DNA from: a virus
Taxonomy: Duplodnaviria; Caudoviricetes
Strand: one strand, 5' to 3'
DNA length: 34,182 nt
IMG/VR virus record: IMGVR_UViG_3300027754_000261
Location: 1 to 34,182 of that record
Under the pieces are notes generated by a model, which saw nothing but the letters and a program-made list of their open reading frames with translations, was not told the DNA's origin and searched no databases. The position numbers and the translations under genes are program-made. The first letter of the stretch is position 1. Each line of letters starts with the position of its first letter. This document shows, one piece after another, positions 8,077 to 17,488 of the stretch.

Positions 8077-9504
8077 ATGGGCACCACTCATCTCTCTGGT
8101 CTGAACGTCGCTGGTGTCCCTACCATGGGCATCAGCGACCTTCCGATCTCCGACAACACGCTGTTCGTTGACTCGGTCAACGGCAGCGACGGCAATACCG
8201 GCGCGTTCGACTCGCCGCTCGCCACGACCGCCGCTGCGCTTCTGAAGTGCACGGCGAATAGCGGCGACGTCATCGCGTTCATGCCGGGCCACGCTGAAAC
8301 GATCAGCGGGGCCGCGGGCATCACGATCAACGTCGCTGGCGTGTCGCTCATCGGCCTCGGGAACGCAGCCAACCGCGCCACGTTCACCTTCGCCACCAGC
8401 ACTGCGGCGACGATGACCTTCACCGCGGCGAACTGCCGCATGTCGAACGTCAACGCTACGACCAGCATCGATCAGGTCGTCAGCCCGTTCGTCGTCTCTG
8501 CCGCTGGCGTCACCTTGGGCGACGTCCTCTACGGCCCGGTTGTTTGGGCCGACGGCTCCGCGGTCCTCGAAGCGGTTCGTCCGATCCTGACCACCGCGGC
8601 GGCGAACAACTTCTCGGCCAATCTGATCGTCAACGGCTTCACCGCAGGCACGCACGCCGTCAACGGTATCCGCTTGGTCGGCGGCAGCAACGCGCGCATC
8701 AACATCGACTACTACGGCAAGGCGAGCACGGCGGTTATCGAGTTCGCGACCACCGCGACCAAGAACACCGAGATCACCGGCAACTTCTACGTCTCCGGCA
8801 CGACCGACCTGTCGAAGAACGTGGTCGACACGATCACCGGCTCGACCTGGGGTGTTCAGGGTTGGGACGCTGCCGCGGGCTCCGGCTTCTCCGGCGGCTC
8901 CGGTCAGGCCGTGGCCTCGGACGACGTGTCCACCATCGCCGCCAACATGACCGTCCCGTCCGCAGACGCGACCGCCAACGTCTTGGAACGCGACGTCATC
9001 GGCAACAAGACTGACGCCTCGGTCTACTTCCCGGCGACCACCAAGTCCGTCGAGGCCTACGCAAAGGGCGCGGCTGACCTGCAGGAACAGACGGTCGTTT
9101 CCGCCACCGCTGTCATGGTGACCGGCAGCACGATCTTTACCGTAACCGGCGGGCCGATCCAGCTTCTGTCGCTGGTGTCTGAGTGCGTGACCACGAACGA
9201 CGGCACTGCCTCCACCTTGCAGTATCGCTCCGCGCCTACCGTTGGCTCGGCAACGACGTTCTCTGCCGCCTCGGCCTCCCTGGCCTCTGTGGCGGCTGGC
9301 GCGTCGGTTGTGTTGCAGGGGCTCACCCTCGCTACGGCACCGATTGTCAATGCCAGCGGCGCTGGCATCTTCGGTGTCGGCAACTCCGGGATTTACGTCC
9401 CGGCTGGCACGATCACAATCGTGATCGCCGTCGGCTCTACCACCGGTACGTGGCGCCATCTGCTGCGCTACCGTCCGCTCGCCAAGTCCGTTTCCGTCGC
9501 TTAA
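8077..9504 (+). CDS. Virion structural protein (head fibre/spike-like) with predicted beta-helix
   Basis: FVDSVNGSDGNTG..SPLAT..AAL..C..NSGDVI..MPGHAETI is a typical beta-helix cap. Thr/Ala/Gly-rich, directly after the MCP. Confidence 0.7.
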   Translation: MGTTHLSGLNVAGVPTMGISDLPISDNTLFVDSVNGSDGNTGAFDSPLATTAAALLKCTANSGDVIAFMPGHAETISGAAGITINVAGVSLIGLGNAANRATFTFATSTAATMTFTAANCRMSNVNATTSIDQVVSPFVVSAAGVTLGDVLYGPVVWADGSAVLEAVRPILTTAAANNFSANLIVNGFTAGTHAVNGIRLVGGSNARINIDYYGKASTAVIEFATTATKNTEITGNFYVSGTTDLSKNVVDTITGSTWGVQGWDAAAGSGFSGGSGQAVASDDVSTIAANMTVPSADATANVLERDVIGNKTDASVYFPATTKSVEAYAKGAADLQEQTVVSATAVMVTGSTIFTVTGGPIQLLSLVSECVTTNDGTASTLQYRSAPTVGSATTFSAASASLASVAAGASVVLQGLTLATAPIVNASGAGIFGVGNSGIYVPAGTITIVIAVGSTTGTWRHLLRYRPLAKSVSVA

Positions 9505-9528
9505 CCCTGAACACTGGAGAGTACCACC

Positions 9529-9819
9529 ATGGCACGTAACACGAAGGCCGAAGGCGGTCCCGCTTCCGGCGACAAGGATTGGGAAGCGGACGAGAAGACC
9601 AAGCCGGAGCGCCGCGTCAACGCCGACAAGATCGAGGGCGCCGCAGAAGAGCTCAAGCGTGGCGGTCGCACGAAGAAGAACGTCGGCGGCGTAGCTGGCG
9701 CCTCGAAGTCGAATGCCGGTCGCACGCCGCGCAAGTCCGGCGGGCGCGCGGGCGCCGACAAGAGCCCGTTCTCGTCCGCTCGCTCGGGTACGCCCGCCAA
9801 GGGTCGCTCGGTCGGCTAA
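9529..9819 (+). CDS. Small basic protein with three xAxGG/xKxGG motifs (putative internal head protein)
   Basis: GGAG RBS. KAEGG, LKRGGR, RKSGGR. Last gene before a terminator. Confidence 0.75.
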   Translation: MARNTKAEGGPASGDKDWEADEKTKPERRVNADKIEGAAEELKRGGRTKKNVGGVAGASKSNAGRTPRKSGGRAGADKSPFSSARSGTPAKGRSVG

Positions 9820-9829
9820 CTGCTGAATA

Positions 9830-9861
9830 AAGACGGGGGCTCCGGCCCCCGTCTTCCTCTT
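9830..9861 (+). terminator. Rho-independent terminator ending the capsid transcript
   Basis: AAGACGGGGGC-TCCG-GCCCCCGTCTT followed by a pyrimidine tract. Confidence 0.8.
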
Positions 9862-9878
9862 CTGATGGTGAAGCCAAC

Positions 9879-10526
9879 ATGATTTCTGCGACCCTCCCCG
9901 TCTCCTTTGCGACCGCAACGACCAACGGCATCAGCACGAGCCAGACGCCCGCGGGTGCTGGCAATCTCACGATCACTGGCTCCCTTGCCTCTGGCGGCGT
10001 AGCAACGCTCACGCCATTGACCGGCATGCAGGAGCGCCAAGTTCTCATCTCGTGCGCCGGTAACGACACCGCGCGCACGTTCACCGTGTACGGCACGAAC
10101 GGCCAGGGCCTGTCGATCAGCGAAGCTGTTGCTGGTAGCAACGGCAGCACGTCCGTCACGACCAGCTATTTCCAGACCGTTACGCGCGTCGCCGTCGACG
10201 CCGCCACCGCGGGGGCAGTGACCGTCGGCACCAACGGCGTCGGCGCGAGCCAGCCGTGGGTCCCGGACAACTGGAGCAATCCGATCAGCATCTCCCTGGC
10301 GTTTGAAGTCAGTGGCACCATCAACTGCTCCATCCAGCACACCTACGACGACGTGTACATCTCGACCGGCTATGGCGCGCTGACTTGGTTTGACCACGTT
10401 GCCAACAGGTCGACGAACATCGACTCGACCATTACCTCCCCAGTAACTGCTGTGCGCCTGAAGCAGAACAGCTTCACGAACCCCGGCTCCGCCAACCTCG
10501 TAGTCGTCCAGGCCGGGCCTCTTTAA
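9879..10526 (+). CDS. Virion structural protein (beta-rich)
   Basis: Thr/Ser/Gly-rich, FTVYGT..G..ISE and SIQHTYDD motifs, position between head and adaptor genes. Confidence 0.7.
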   Translation: MISATLPVSFATATTNGISTSQTPAGAGNLTITGSLASGGVATLTPLTGMQERQVLISCAGNDTARTFTVYGTNGQGLSISEAVAGSNGSTSVTTSYFQTVTRVAVDAATAGAVTVGTNGVGASQPWVPDNWSNPISISLAFEVSGTINCSIQHTYDDVYISTGYGALTWFDHVANRSTNIDSTITSPVTAVRLKQNSFTNPGSANLVVVQAGPL

Positions 10527-10591
10527 TAGCCCAAGATCGTAGCGATTGCTGTAGGCTCCGAGCGGACGCGCCGTCACGTTAGGATCAGCAA

Positions 10592-11284
10592 ATGACAACT
10601 AGCGGCACCTACACGTTTGCCCCGTCGCTCGGCGAGCTAGTCTTGCACGCCTACGGCATCATCGGCCTCCGCGGCACGTCGCTGATGCAGGAACACTACC
10701 AAGACGCGCGCATGGCGACGAACCTGATGCTCGCCACCTGGGGAAACCAGGGCGTGAACCTGTGGGCCGTCGACCTCGTCACCGTGCCGCTTGTCGCGTC
10801 GCAAGCGACGTACGACGTCGGTGCCAACACCGTGGTGATCCTCGACGCCTACATGCAGATCAATGACGGCGTGTCCGACCCAATCGACCGTATCATCCTG
10901 CCTGTCAGCCGCACGGAGTACGCGTCCTACCCGAACAAGGCGCAAGAGGGCTTCACGACCACGTTCTGGTTCGACCGCCTGATCGCGCCGACGGTGACCT
11001 TGTGGCCGGTACCGGACGGCACGAGCGCGCAGTACCTCAAGTATTACCGCGTGCGCCGCATCCAAGACTCGAATCTCGCAAACGGCGAGAACGTCGAAAT
11101 CCCGTACCTGTGGCTCGAGGCATTCGCCGACGGGCTCGCCTACCGGCTGGCCAAAATCTGGAAGCCGGAGATGGCCGCGGCGCTGAAGCTCGTCGCCAAG
11201 GAAACCTACGACATCGCTGCCACGCAGAATACGGAGACGTCGAACTTCTACGTGATCCCGATGCTCAGTGGGTACTACCGGTAA
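10592..11284 (+). CDS. Head-tail adaptor / tail tubular A-like protein
   Basis: MTTSGTYTF, NLMLATWGNQGVNLW, SRTEYASYPNK, VTLWPVPD, WLEAFADGLAYRLA pattern. Confidence 0.7.
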   Translation: MTTSGTYTFAPSLGELVLHAYGIIGLRGTSLMQEHYQDARMATNLMLATWGNQGVNLWAVDLVTVPLVASQATYDVGANTVVILDAYMQINDGVSDPIDRIILPVSRTEYASYPNKAQEGFTTTFWFDRLIAPTVTLWPVPDGTSAQYLKYYRVRRIQDSNLANGENVEIPYLWLEAFADGLAYRLAKIWKPEMAAALKLVAKETYDIAATQNTETSNFYVIPMLSGYYR

Positions 11285-11745
11285 TGGCCTACGCGTCCCG
11301 CTCAGGCCGCGCGCGCACGAACGCCAGCGCGCCAGAGGCGCATGCGATCTGCGACCGTTGTTCGTTTAGGTTCAACCACGTCGACCTGCAGTGGCAGTTC
11401 GATTGGGCTGGCCCCTCGCTGATCAACAAGCGCCTGCTGGTTTGCCGCAAGTGCCTGGACATCCCGCAGGAGCAGTTGCGCGCGATCATCATTCCGGCAG
11501 ACCCGGTTCCGATCCAGAACCCGCGCATCGAATACTTCGCGCAGTATGAGACCGACCGACGCACGACGTCCGACGGCAGCATCCGCGTGACCGAAGACAG
11601 CAACCCGCGCGTGCAGCAGCAGACCGGCGAGCCTCCTGGCGGCATCAATACTCAGCCGGGCACCGATCCGAACGCCCCTGGTGACAGCGACCCTGGTTTG
11701 CCGTATGGGACAACTGAAGTGCCTAAGACGGGATCGTTGACCTAA
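11284..11745 (+). CDS. Zn-ribbon (CDRC...CRKC) phage late protein
   Basis: True start is the ATG in the TAATG overlap at 11284 (MAYASRSGRA), two CxxC pairs, stop overlaps the next ATG. Confidence 0.8.
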   Translation: MAYASRSGRARTNASAPEAHAICDRCSFRFNHVDLQWQFDWAGPSLINKRLLVCRKCLDIPQEQLRAIIIPADPVPIQNPRIEYFAQYETDRRTTSDGSIRVTEDSNPRVQQQTGEPPGGINTQPGTDPNAPGDSDPGLPYGTTEVPKTGSLT

Positions 11746-13301
11746 TGGCGAACATTCAAATCCCGAACATGACGCCCGCCATCGCTCTCGGTGGTACCGA
11801 GCAGCAAGAGGCTGTCCAAGCTGGCGCGACCGTGCGCGTCACCATCGACCAGATCGCGCAGTACACCTACACCCGATATCCGGCGTACCTGAGCGCAACG
11901 TCGCCAATCGTCGTCACCGGAACTCCGACTACCGGGGCCACCATCAGCCTTGACACCGTCACCGTGGCATACGGCGGTACTGGAGCGACCAGCCTGACGC
12001 TGAACGGCGTCTTGTACGGAAAAGGCACATCTGCCGTCGGTGCCGTCGCCGCGGGGACCACGGGGCAGGTTCTGACCGCCACTACCGGGGCCGCGCCGAC
12101 GTGGCAAGCATTAGCCGCAACCGTAACCACCATTGGTTTCGGCACAACCGGCCTGACGCCGTCCGCGGCGACGTCCGGCGCTGTAACGGTCGCTGGCGTC
12201 CTGGTCGGCGCCAACGGCGGTACGGGCGTAGCAAACACCGGCAAGACGATTACGCTCGGCGGCAACGTGGTCACGGGCGAAGCGTTGACATTCAGCGGCG
12301 CGTTTGCCGCGACCTTCACCCTGTCCAACACGACGACAGTCACGTTCCCGGTAACCGGCACCCTGGCGACGCTGGCTGGCGCCGAGTCGCTGACCAACAA
12401 GAAGCTCGGGAGCCTGACTACCAACGGTGTCGTTTACACGTCCGGAGGCGACGGTACGCTGAACAGTGAAGCCGCGCTCAGTGTGGCGCGCGGCGGCACG
12501 AACATCTCCTCGTACGCGGTCGGTGACCTGCTATATGCGAGCGCGTCGGGCGTACTGTCGAAACTCGCGGATGTCGCCACCGGCAGCGTGCTCACATCCG
12601 GCGGCGTCGGTGTGGCCCCCGCGTGGTCGGCGGCAACGGGCGTGGCGGTTACGTCGATCTCATTCGGCACCACAGGGCTGACGCCAGCGGCGGTTACGCA
12701 GGGAGCGGTTACGGTCGCTGGAATCCTCGTCGGCGCGAACGGCGGTACCAGCAATGGGTTCTTCGCAGTCTCGGGCCCATCCGCATCGCTCAAGACGTTC
12801 ACGTTCCCCAATGCCAACGCTACCGTCCTGACGGACAATGCCGCGGTAACTGTCGCGCAGGGCGGCACGGGCCTGCAGACACTCACTACCGGCAACCTTT
12901 TGGTCGGCGCGGGCACCGGCAACGTCACGTTCATGGCGCCCAGCACGGCTGGCAACCACCTGACGTCGACCGGTTCCGTATTCCAGAGCGTGGCGCAGAC
13001 AGGCGGCGTGCTCTGGAGCGCGATCTCCAACGGCGCAACCAACGCTGTCGCCGGTATCGGCTATCAAGTGAACACAACGTCCGGGACGGCAACGGTAACC
13101 TTGCCCGCGTCCCCGGCTGGCGGCGACTTCATCGCGTTCTGCGATGCGGTTGGCCTGTTCGCTACCAACGCTCTGACCGTGGCGCGCAACGGAAAAACTA
13201 TTCAAGGCTCTGCGACTGATCTAACGTGCAACGTGAACGGTCAGAGCTTCGGGCTCGTGTTCAAGAGTTCGACAAATGACTGGAGGGTCGTCCAAATATG
13301 A
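11745..13301 (+). CDS. Tail fibre protein
   Basis: Repeated VAxGGTG shaft motifs, an internal duplication, and a C-terminal T4 gp34-like repeat (VNTTSGTATVTLPASP..GD.I...D..G.FATNALTVARNG). Confidence 0.85.
   Translation: MANIQIPNMTPAIALGGTEQQEAVQAGATVRVTIDQIAQYTYTRYPAYLSATSPIVVTGTPTTGATISLDTVTVAYGGTGATSLTLNGVLYGKGTSAVGAVAAGTTGQVLTATTGAAPTWQALAATVTTIGFGTTGLTPSAATSGAVTVAGVLVGANGGTGVANTGKTITLGGNVVTGEALTFSGAFAATFTLSNTTTVTFPVTGTLATLAGAESLTNKKLGSLTTNGVVYTSGGDGTLNSEAALSVARGGTNISSYAVGDLLYASASGVLSKLADVATGSVLTSGGVGVAPAWSAATGVAVTSISFGTTGLTPAAVTQGAVTVAGILVGANGGTSNGFFAVSGPSASLKTFTFPNANATVLTDNAAVTVAQGGTGLQTLTTGNLLVGAGTGNVTFMAPSTAGNHLTSTGSVFQSVAQTGGVLWSAISNGATNAVAGIGYQVNTTSGTATVTLPASPAGGDFIAFCDAVGLFATNALTVARNGKTIQGSATDLTCNVNGQSFGLVFKSSTNDWRVVQI
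12123..12752 (+). repeat. Diverged internal duplication in the tail fibre (~12123-12227 and ~12648-12752)
   Basis: VTTIGFGTTGLTPSAATSGAVTVAGVLVGANGGTG vs VTSISFGTTGLTPAAVTQGAVTVAGILVGANGGTS. Confidence 0.85.
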
Positions 13302-13858
13302 CAGTTCTTTCTGATGTGCAGTTGGGTACTCTCGGGCTTGTCGCGATTGGTACGTCGGGGACGAAAATCCCCACGCTCAACGCCGCGAATACGTGGGGTG
13401 GTCTTCAGACTTTCTCCGCGGGGATAGCCTTCGCGAACGAAACGCTGTCGACTTACGACGAGGTGACATTTACGCCGTCGATTGGGGCAACCGGGACGAA
13501 CGGAACGCATACCTATTCGTCGCAGACTGGGCGCGCGATCAAGGTTGGGAAAAGCGTGATGTTCGCGTTCAACATTGTGCTGACCGCCAAGGACGCGACA
13601 ATTTCGGGGAACCTAAAGGTCCGTGGTCTGCCGTTTACGGAAGTGAACGCGGACCCTTCGGGGGCGGCCGTCGTCAGCGCCTGGAAATTCGACCTATCGG
13701 CTGGATACACCTACGTCGGAACCTCATTCGACAACACCGGCACGGCGTTCGGGCTCTACGAGTGCGGCGATAACGTCTCATATCAGAACCTCATCGCTAC
13801 CAGCTTGCTCGCGACAACTACCTGCTACGGCTTCGGCTACTACGAAGCGGCATCATAG
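13298..13858 (+). CDS. Distal tail fibre / receptor-binding-type protein
   Basis: ATGA overlap. ANTWGGLQTF, LSTYDEVTFTP, KVGKSV, GLPFT motifs typical of fibre C-terminal domains. Confidence 0.7.
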   Translation: MTVLSDVQLGTLGLVAIGTSGTKIPTLNAANTWGGLQTFSAGIAFANETLSTYDEVTFTPSIGATGTNGTHTYSSQTGRAIKVGKSVMFAFNIVLTAKDATISGNLKVRGLPFTEVNADPSGAAVVSAWKFDLSAGYTYVGTSFDNTGTAFGLYECGDNVSYQNLIATSLLATTTCYGFGYYEAAS

Positions 13859-13872
13859 AGAGGACTGGCCCA

Positions 13873-14253
13873 GTGGCTCTTGAAGAACGAATCATCATTA
13901 CCGGCCCGCACGTACAGTATTCCCCAGCGGGGAAAATCCTGCCGGTCGCAACCGTGGAGATTGTGAAAGCGATCTTTGACGGCACCGTTCAAAGGGGCAA
14001 AGGCCAACGCCACGTCGGGCTCATCGTGATCCAGGCCGATGGGACTTGGGCTTTTGATCCCCACCCGGTAGATGCGGAAACCAATCAACCCTACGAGTTC
14101 ACCGCCGCACAGACCTCAGCGTTCAACGCGCTGCTCGATACGTATGAAGTCGGCTATGGGGTGGAGGACCATGCGTTCGAGGATGGGGCGATCAGTGTGC
14201 GGTACGTTCGCACCGAATCGGGCACGTTCTCCCGCGTAGTCGTTGGGCCGTGA
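13873..14253 (+). CDS. Hypothetical protein (possible fibre assembly factor)
   Basis: GTG start after GAGGA, GTGA overlap with the next gene. Confidence 0.65.
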   Translation: MALEERIIITGPHVQYSPAGKILPVATVEIVKAIFDGTVQRGKGQRHVGLIVIQADGTWAFDPHPVDAETNQPYEFTAAQTSAFNALLDTYEVGYGVEDHAFEDGAISVRYVRTESGTFSRVVVGP

Positions 14254-14438
14254 GCGGCCTCACGTTTGGCGACGCGGACATTGAGGCCGCGCTTGTCGCT
14301 GCGGAGGCCAAGACCCAAGCCTTGATCGCCGCGCTCGCCGCGCATCAGGGAATCATGGACTACGTAACGACCGACGGAACAGCCGTGCGCAGCGAGAGGG
14401 TCGGCGATCTGTACGAACAAAAGATCACCCAGGCCTAG
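14250..14438 (+). CDS. Small hypothetical protein
   Basis: GTGA-coupled start, fills the operon gap exactly. Confidence 0.55.
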   Translation: MSGLTFGDADIEAALVAAEAKTQALIAALAAHQGIMDYVTTDGTAVRSERVGDLYEQKITQA

Positions 14439-14441
14439 CGC

Positions 14442-14702
14442 ATGGCGGTCAAGAAACCAAATCTGCTCGCCCTTCTGACGCCGACGAATGTTCTTTTGGC
14501 GGCGCTGATCGGCACCATTTCATGGATCGGCGCGAGCCAAGCTGAGTCGATCAAGTTTCTGCAGACAGGTGTCAACCAAGCCTTGACGCAGGGGGCCGCG
14601 CTCATGGAGCGTGTAAACGGCTTGATGCGAGAGCAGGGCGACCGAAAGTCAGAAATCGTCCAGATCAACCAGCGCATCGACAAGCTCATGGAGAAGATGT
14701 GA
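14442..14702 (+). CDS. Small membrane protein (one TM helix + coiled coil), possibly holin-like
   Basis: Hydrophobic NVLLAALIGTISWIGA followed by heptad repeats. Confidence 0.6.
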   Translation: MAVKKPNLLALLTPTNVLLAALIGTISWIGASQAESIKFLQTGVNQALTQGAALMERVNGLMREQGDRKSEIVQINQRIDKLMEKM

Positions 14703-15421
14703 CCACTGGCCTGACGTACGCCCAATACGTCACTCAGATCGCGACGCTTGCCGTCGTCGAGCCGACCAATGCTGACTTCGTCGCGATCCTCCCGCAGATG
14801 ATCACGTACGCCGAGAACCGCATCTGCCGCGACATCGACTTCCTGTTCACCTCGACATCGATCTCGACCTACGCCCTGACCGCGGGAAGTCGGCAACTGA
14901 CATTCCCCGAAGGCACATTTGTCGTGACCGAGCAGATGAACATCATTACCCCGTCGGCCACTACCAACCCAGACCTTGGCGCGCGCAACCCGTGCTTGCC
15001 GGTCACAAAGGAATTTCTCGACGCCGTCTACGGCAACCCGTCCGTCACGTACCGCGGCGTCCCGCGGTACTTTGCCCCGTTCAACGACAACCTGATCCTG
15101 TTTGGCCCATTCCCCGATGCGGCGTACACGGTAGAAATGGTCGGCACGTACCGTCCGGCCAGCCTGTCGGCAGCGAACACGGCCACGTTCATCTCGACGT
15201 ATCTGCCGGACCTGATGATCATGGCCTCGATGATTTACGCGTCTGGCTTCCAGCGCAACTTCGGGCGCCAGAATGATGACCCGCAGATGGCTGTGTCGTA
15301 CGAGAGCCAGTACAAGGCGCTGTTGCAGGGCGCCATTGTCGAAGAGGCGCGCAAGAAGTACGAGTCGTCCGGCTGGACATCGCAATCTCCGGCGCCTGTC
15401 GCGACGCCGTCGCGTGGGTAG
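14699..15421 (+). CDS. Second adaptor / tail tubular A-like protein
   Basis: LTYAQYVTQI, ITYAENRICRD, GVPRYFA, FGPFPDAAYTVE, YLPDLMIMASM pattern. Directly upstream of the nozzle. Confidence 0.7.
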   Translation: MTTGLTYAQYVTQIATLAVVEPTNADFVAILPQMITYAENRICRDIDFLFTSTSISTYALTAGSRQLTFPEGTFVVTEQMNIITPSATTNPDLGARNPCLPVTKEFLDAVYGNPSVTYRGVPRYFAPFNDNLILFGPFPDAAYTVEMVGTYRPASLSAANTATFISTYLPDLMIMASMIYASGFQRNFGRQNDDPQMAVSYESQYKALLQGAIVEEARKKYESSGWTSQSPAPVATPSRG

Positions 15422-15424
15422 CCC

Positions 15425-17488
15425 ATGGCACATGCGGCTTTCAAGCTTGTCACGGGCGTCGACCAGAACCGGACGCCCGCTCTAAACGAAGCTGCGATCT
15501 CCACGTCGCAGTTGATCCGCTTCGTGCCGGACAAGTCCGGCATCGGGCTCGTGCAGAAACTCGGTGGCTGGACGAAGTTCTACGCGAACACCATCGGCTC
15601 GACTATCCGCGCTCTGTGGGCTTGGGCAGATTTGAACTCGAACAACTGGCTCGCCGTCGGCGCCGAGTCTTCGCTCAATGTTCTTCTGGACGGCGCGCAA
15701 TACAACATCACGCCGCACACGTTTACCGACAACGTAGCTATCGACGTGTCGACCGTGATCAACACCAGTACGGTCACCATCAAGGATACCGGGAGCAACA
15801 TCACGTCGTACGATAGCGTCTACATCCAGACGCAGATCGCTATCGGTGGCCTGATCTTGTTTGGCACGTACGCGACGACGGCGATCAGCGCCGACACGTA
15901 CTCGATCCAGGCGGTAGACAGTCTCGGCGCCCCCGCACTCGCGACCGCGACGGTCAACAACGCTGGCACTATCCCGGCGTTCACGACAACGCTGAACTCC
16001 GCCATCGTCACCGTAACGCTGGCCGCGCACCTATACCTGACCGGGGACACATTCCCCGTGCTGATTTCCACGTCCGTCGGCGGGTTGACGATCTACGGGA
16101 ACTACGTCGTCACTTCGGTCCCGACTGCGAACACGTTCACCATCCAGGCGCAGAACCGCGCGTCGTCCGCAACGACCGTCACAATGAACTCTACGCAGGC
16201 GCGCTACTACTACTACGTCGGCTACGGGCCTGCGGCTGTGGGCGGCGGTTACGGTCGCGGCGGCTACGGGCGCGGCGGGTACGGCGGATACGGCGGTGCG
16301 TCTCCGGCCATCCCGGGGACGCCGATCACCGCCGTCGATTGGACGCTGGCAAATTGGGGCGAGACGCTTATCGCCAACCCGTACAACGGCCCGATCTACT
16401 ACTGGAGCCCTGCGGCGAATACTGACAACGCGTCCGTCATCACCAACGCTCCCGCAGTGAACAACGGCATGTTCATCGCCATGCCGCAGCGCCAGATCAT
16501 CGCCTGGGGGTCGACGTTCACCGGCCTGAACGATCCTCTGCTTGTCCGCTGGTGCGACGTCGACGACTACACGGCCTGGATTGCATCGCCGACCAATCAG
16601 GCGGGCTCTTACCGCATCCCGAAGGGCTCCATGATCGTTGCCGGGCTGCAGGGCCCGCAGCAGGGCCTGCTCTGGACCGACGTAGCTCTCTGGTCGATGC
16701 AGTACACCGCTGCCGCTCTGGCGGGCGTGCAGCTTGTCTATGGCTTCAATGAGATCGGCACGGGGTGCGGCCTCATCGGGCGCAAGGCCGCTGGCGTGCT
16801 GCACGACTCTACCTACTGGATGAGTCAGTCGCAGTTCTTCAAATACTCCGGCGCTGGCGTTCAGCCGATCCACTGCCCGATTTGGGACGTAATCTTCCAA
16901 GACATCGACACGGACTATGTCGACAACATCCGCGTGGCGCCGAACAGCCGCTTCAACGAGTTCGCATGGTTCTACCCGACCGTCGGCAGCAGCGGGGTCC
17001 CGACCAAGTACGTCAAGTACAACACCGTCCTAGACGCGTGGGACTTTGGCACCCTGACGCGCACGGCGTGGATTGACCAGTCGGTCTTAGGTGCTCCTAT
17101 CGGAGCCGGGTCGACGCAGTACATCTACCAGCATGAGACGTCGAATGATGCCGACGGCGAGGCGATGGTGTCGAACTTTACAACCGGCTTCTTCGTCACG
17201 GATGAAGCGGACATCAAGGTTTTCGTCGATCAGGTATGGCCCGACATGAAATGGGGCCTGTACGACGGAGCACAGAGCGCCAACGTGCTCCTGACGTTCA
17301 ACGTCGCCGACTACCCAGGAACAGCGCCGGTCACCAAGGGCCCGTTCACGCTGACGCAGGCCACGACGTACATCACGCCGCGCTTCCGTGGGCGACTCGT
17401 GTCGGTGACTATCGGCAGCAGCGACATCGGGTCGTTCTGGCGCATCGGCAACATGCGCTACCGCGGGCAACCGGACGGGAAATACTAA
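15425..17488 (+). CDS. Tail nozzle / tubular B-like (P22 gp10/T7 gp12-like) protein
   Basis: VQKLGGW, WTLANWGETLIA, DPLLVRWCD, PTNQAGSYRI, RTAWIDQ, PRFRGR..WRIG..PDG beta-propeller-type motifs, 687 aa. Confidence 0.8.
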   Translation: MAHAAFKLVTGVDQNRTPALNEAAISTSQLIRFVPDKSGIGLVQKLGGWTKFYANTIGSTIRALWAWADLNSNNWLAVGAESSLNVLLDGAQYNITPHTFTDNVAIDVSTVINTSTVTIKDTGSNITSYDSVYIQTQIAIGGLILFGTYATTAISADTYSIQAVDSLGAPALATATVNNAGTIPAFTTTLNSAIVTVTLAAHLYLTGDTFPVLISTSVGGLTIYGNYVVTSVPTANTFTIQAQNRASSATTVTMNSTQARYYYYVGYGPAAVGGGYGRGGYGRGGYGGYGGASPAIPGTPITAVDWTLANWGETLIANPYNGPIYYWSPAANTDNASVITNAPAVNNGMFIAMPQRQIIAWGSTFTGLNDPLLVRWCDVDDYTAWIASPTNQAGSYRIPKGSMIVAGLQGPQQGLLWTDVALWSMQYTAAALAGVQLVYGFNEIGTGCGLIGRKAAGVLHDSTYWMSQSQFFKYSGAGVQPIHCPIWDVIFQDIDTDYVDNIRVAPNSRFNEFAWFYPTVGSSGVPTKYVKYNTVLDAWDFGTLTRTAWIDQSVLGAPIGAGSTQYIYQHETSNDADGEAMVSNFTTGFFVTDEADIKVFVDQVWPDMKWGLYDGAQSANVLLTFNVADYPGTAPVTKGPFTLTQATTYITPRFRGRLVSVTIGSSDIGSFWRIGNMRYRGQPDGKY
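16243..16296 (+). repeat. GGGYGRGGYGRGGYGGYGG low-complexity repeat in the nozzle
   Basis: Seen in translation; approximately 15-nt periodic DNA. Confidence 0.8.

Noticed and set aside
7093-9918. 941-aa antisense ORF over the capsid genes, and other long antisense ORFs (2696-3919, 17485-19422, 18740-20707, 31053-32465)
   Set aside because: Shadow ORFs from high GC3 codon bias of the real genes; no RBS or recognisable motifs.
11960-12872. VAxGGT motifs in the tail fibre as tag copies
   Set aside because: They belong to the common VAxGGTG fibre shaft repeat, with a different context from the basic linker tags.
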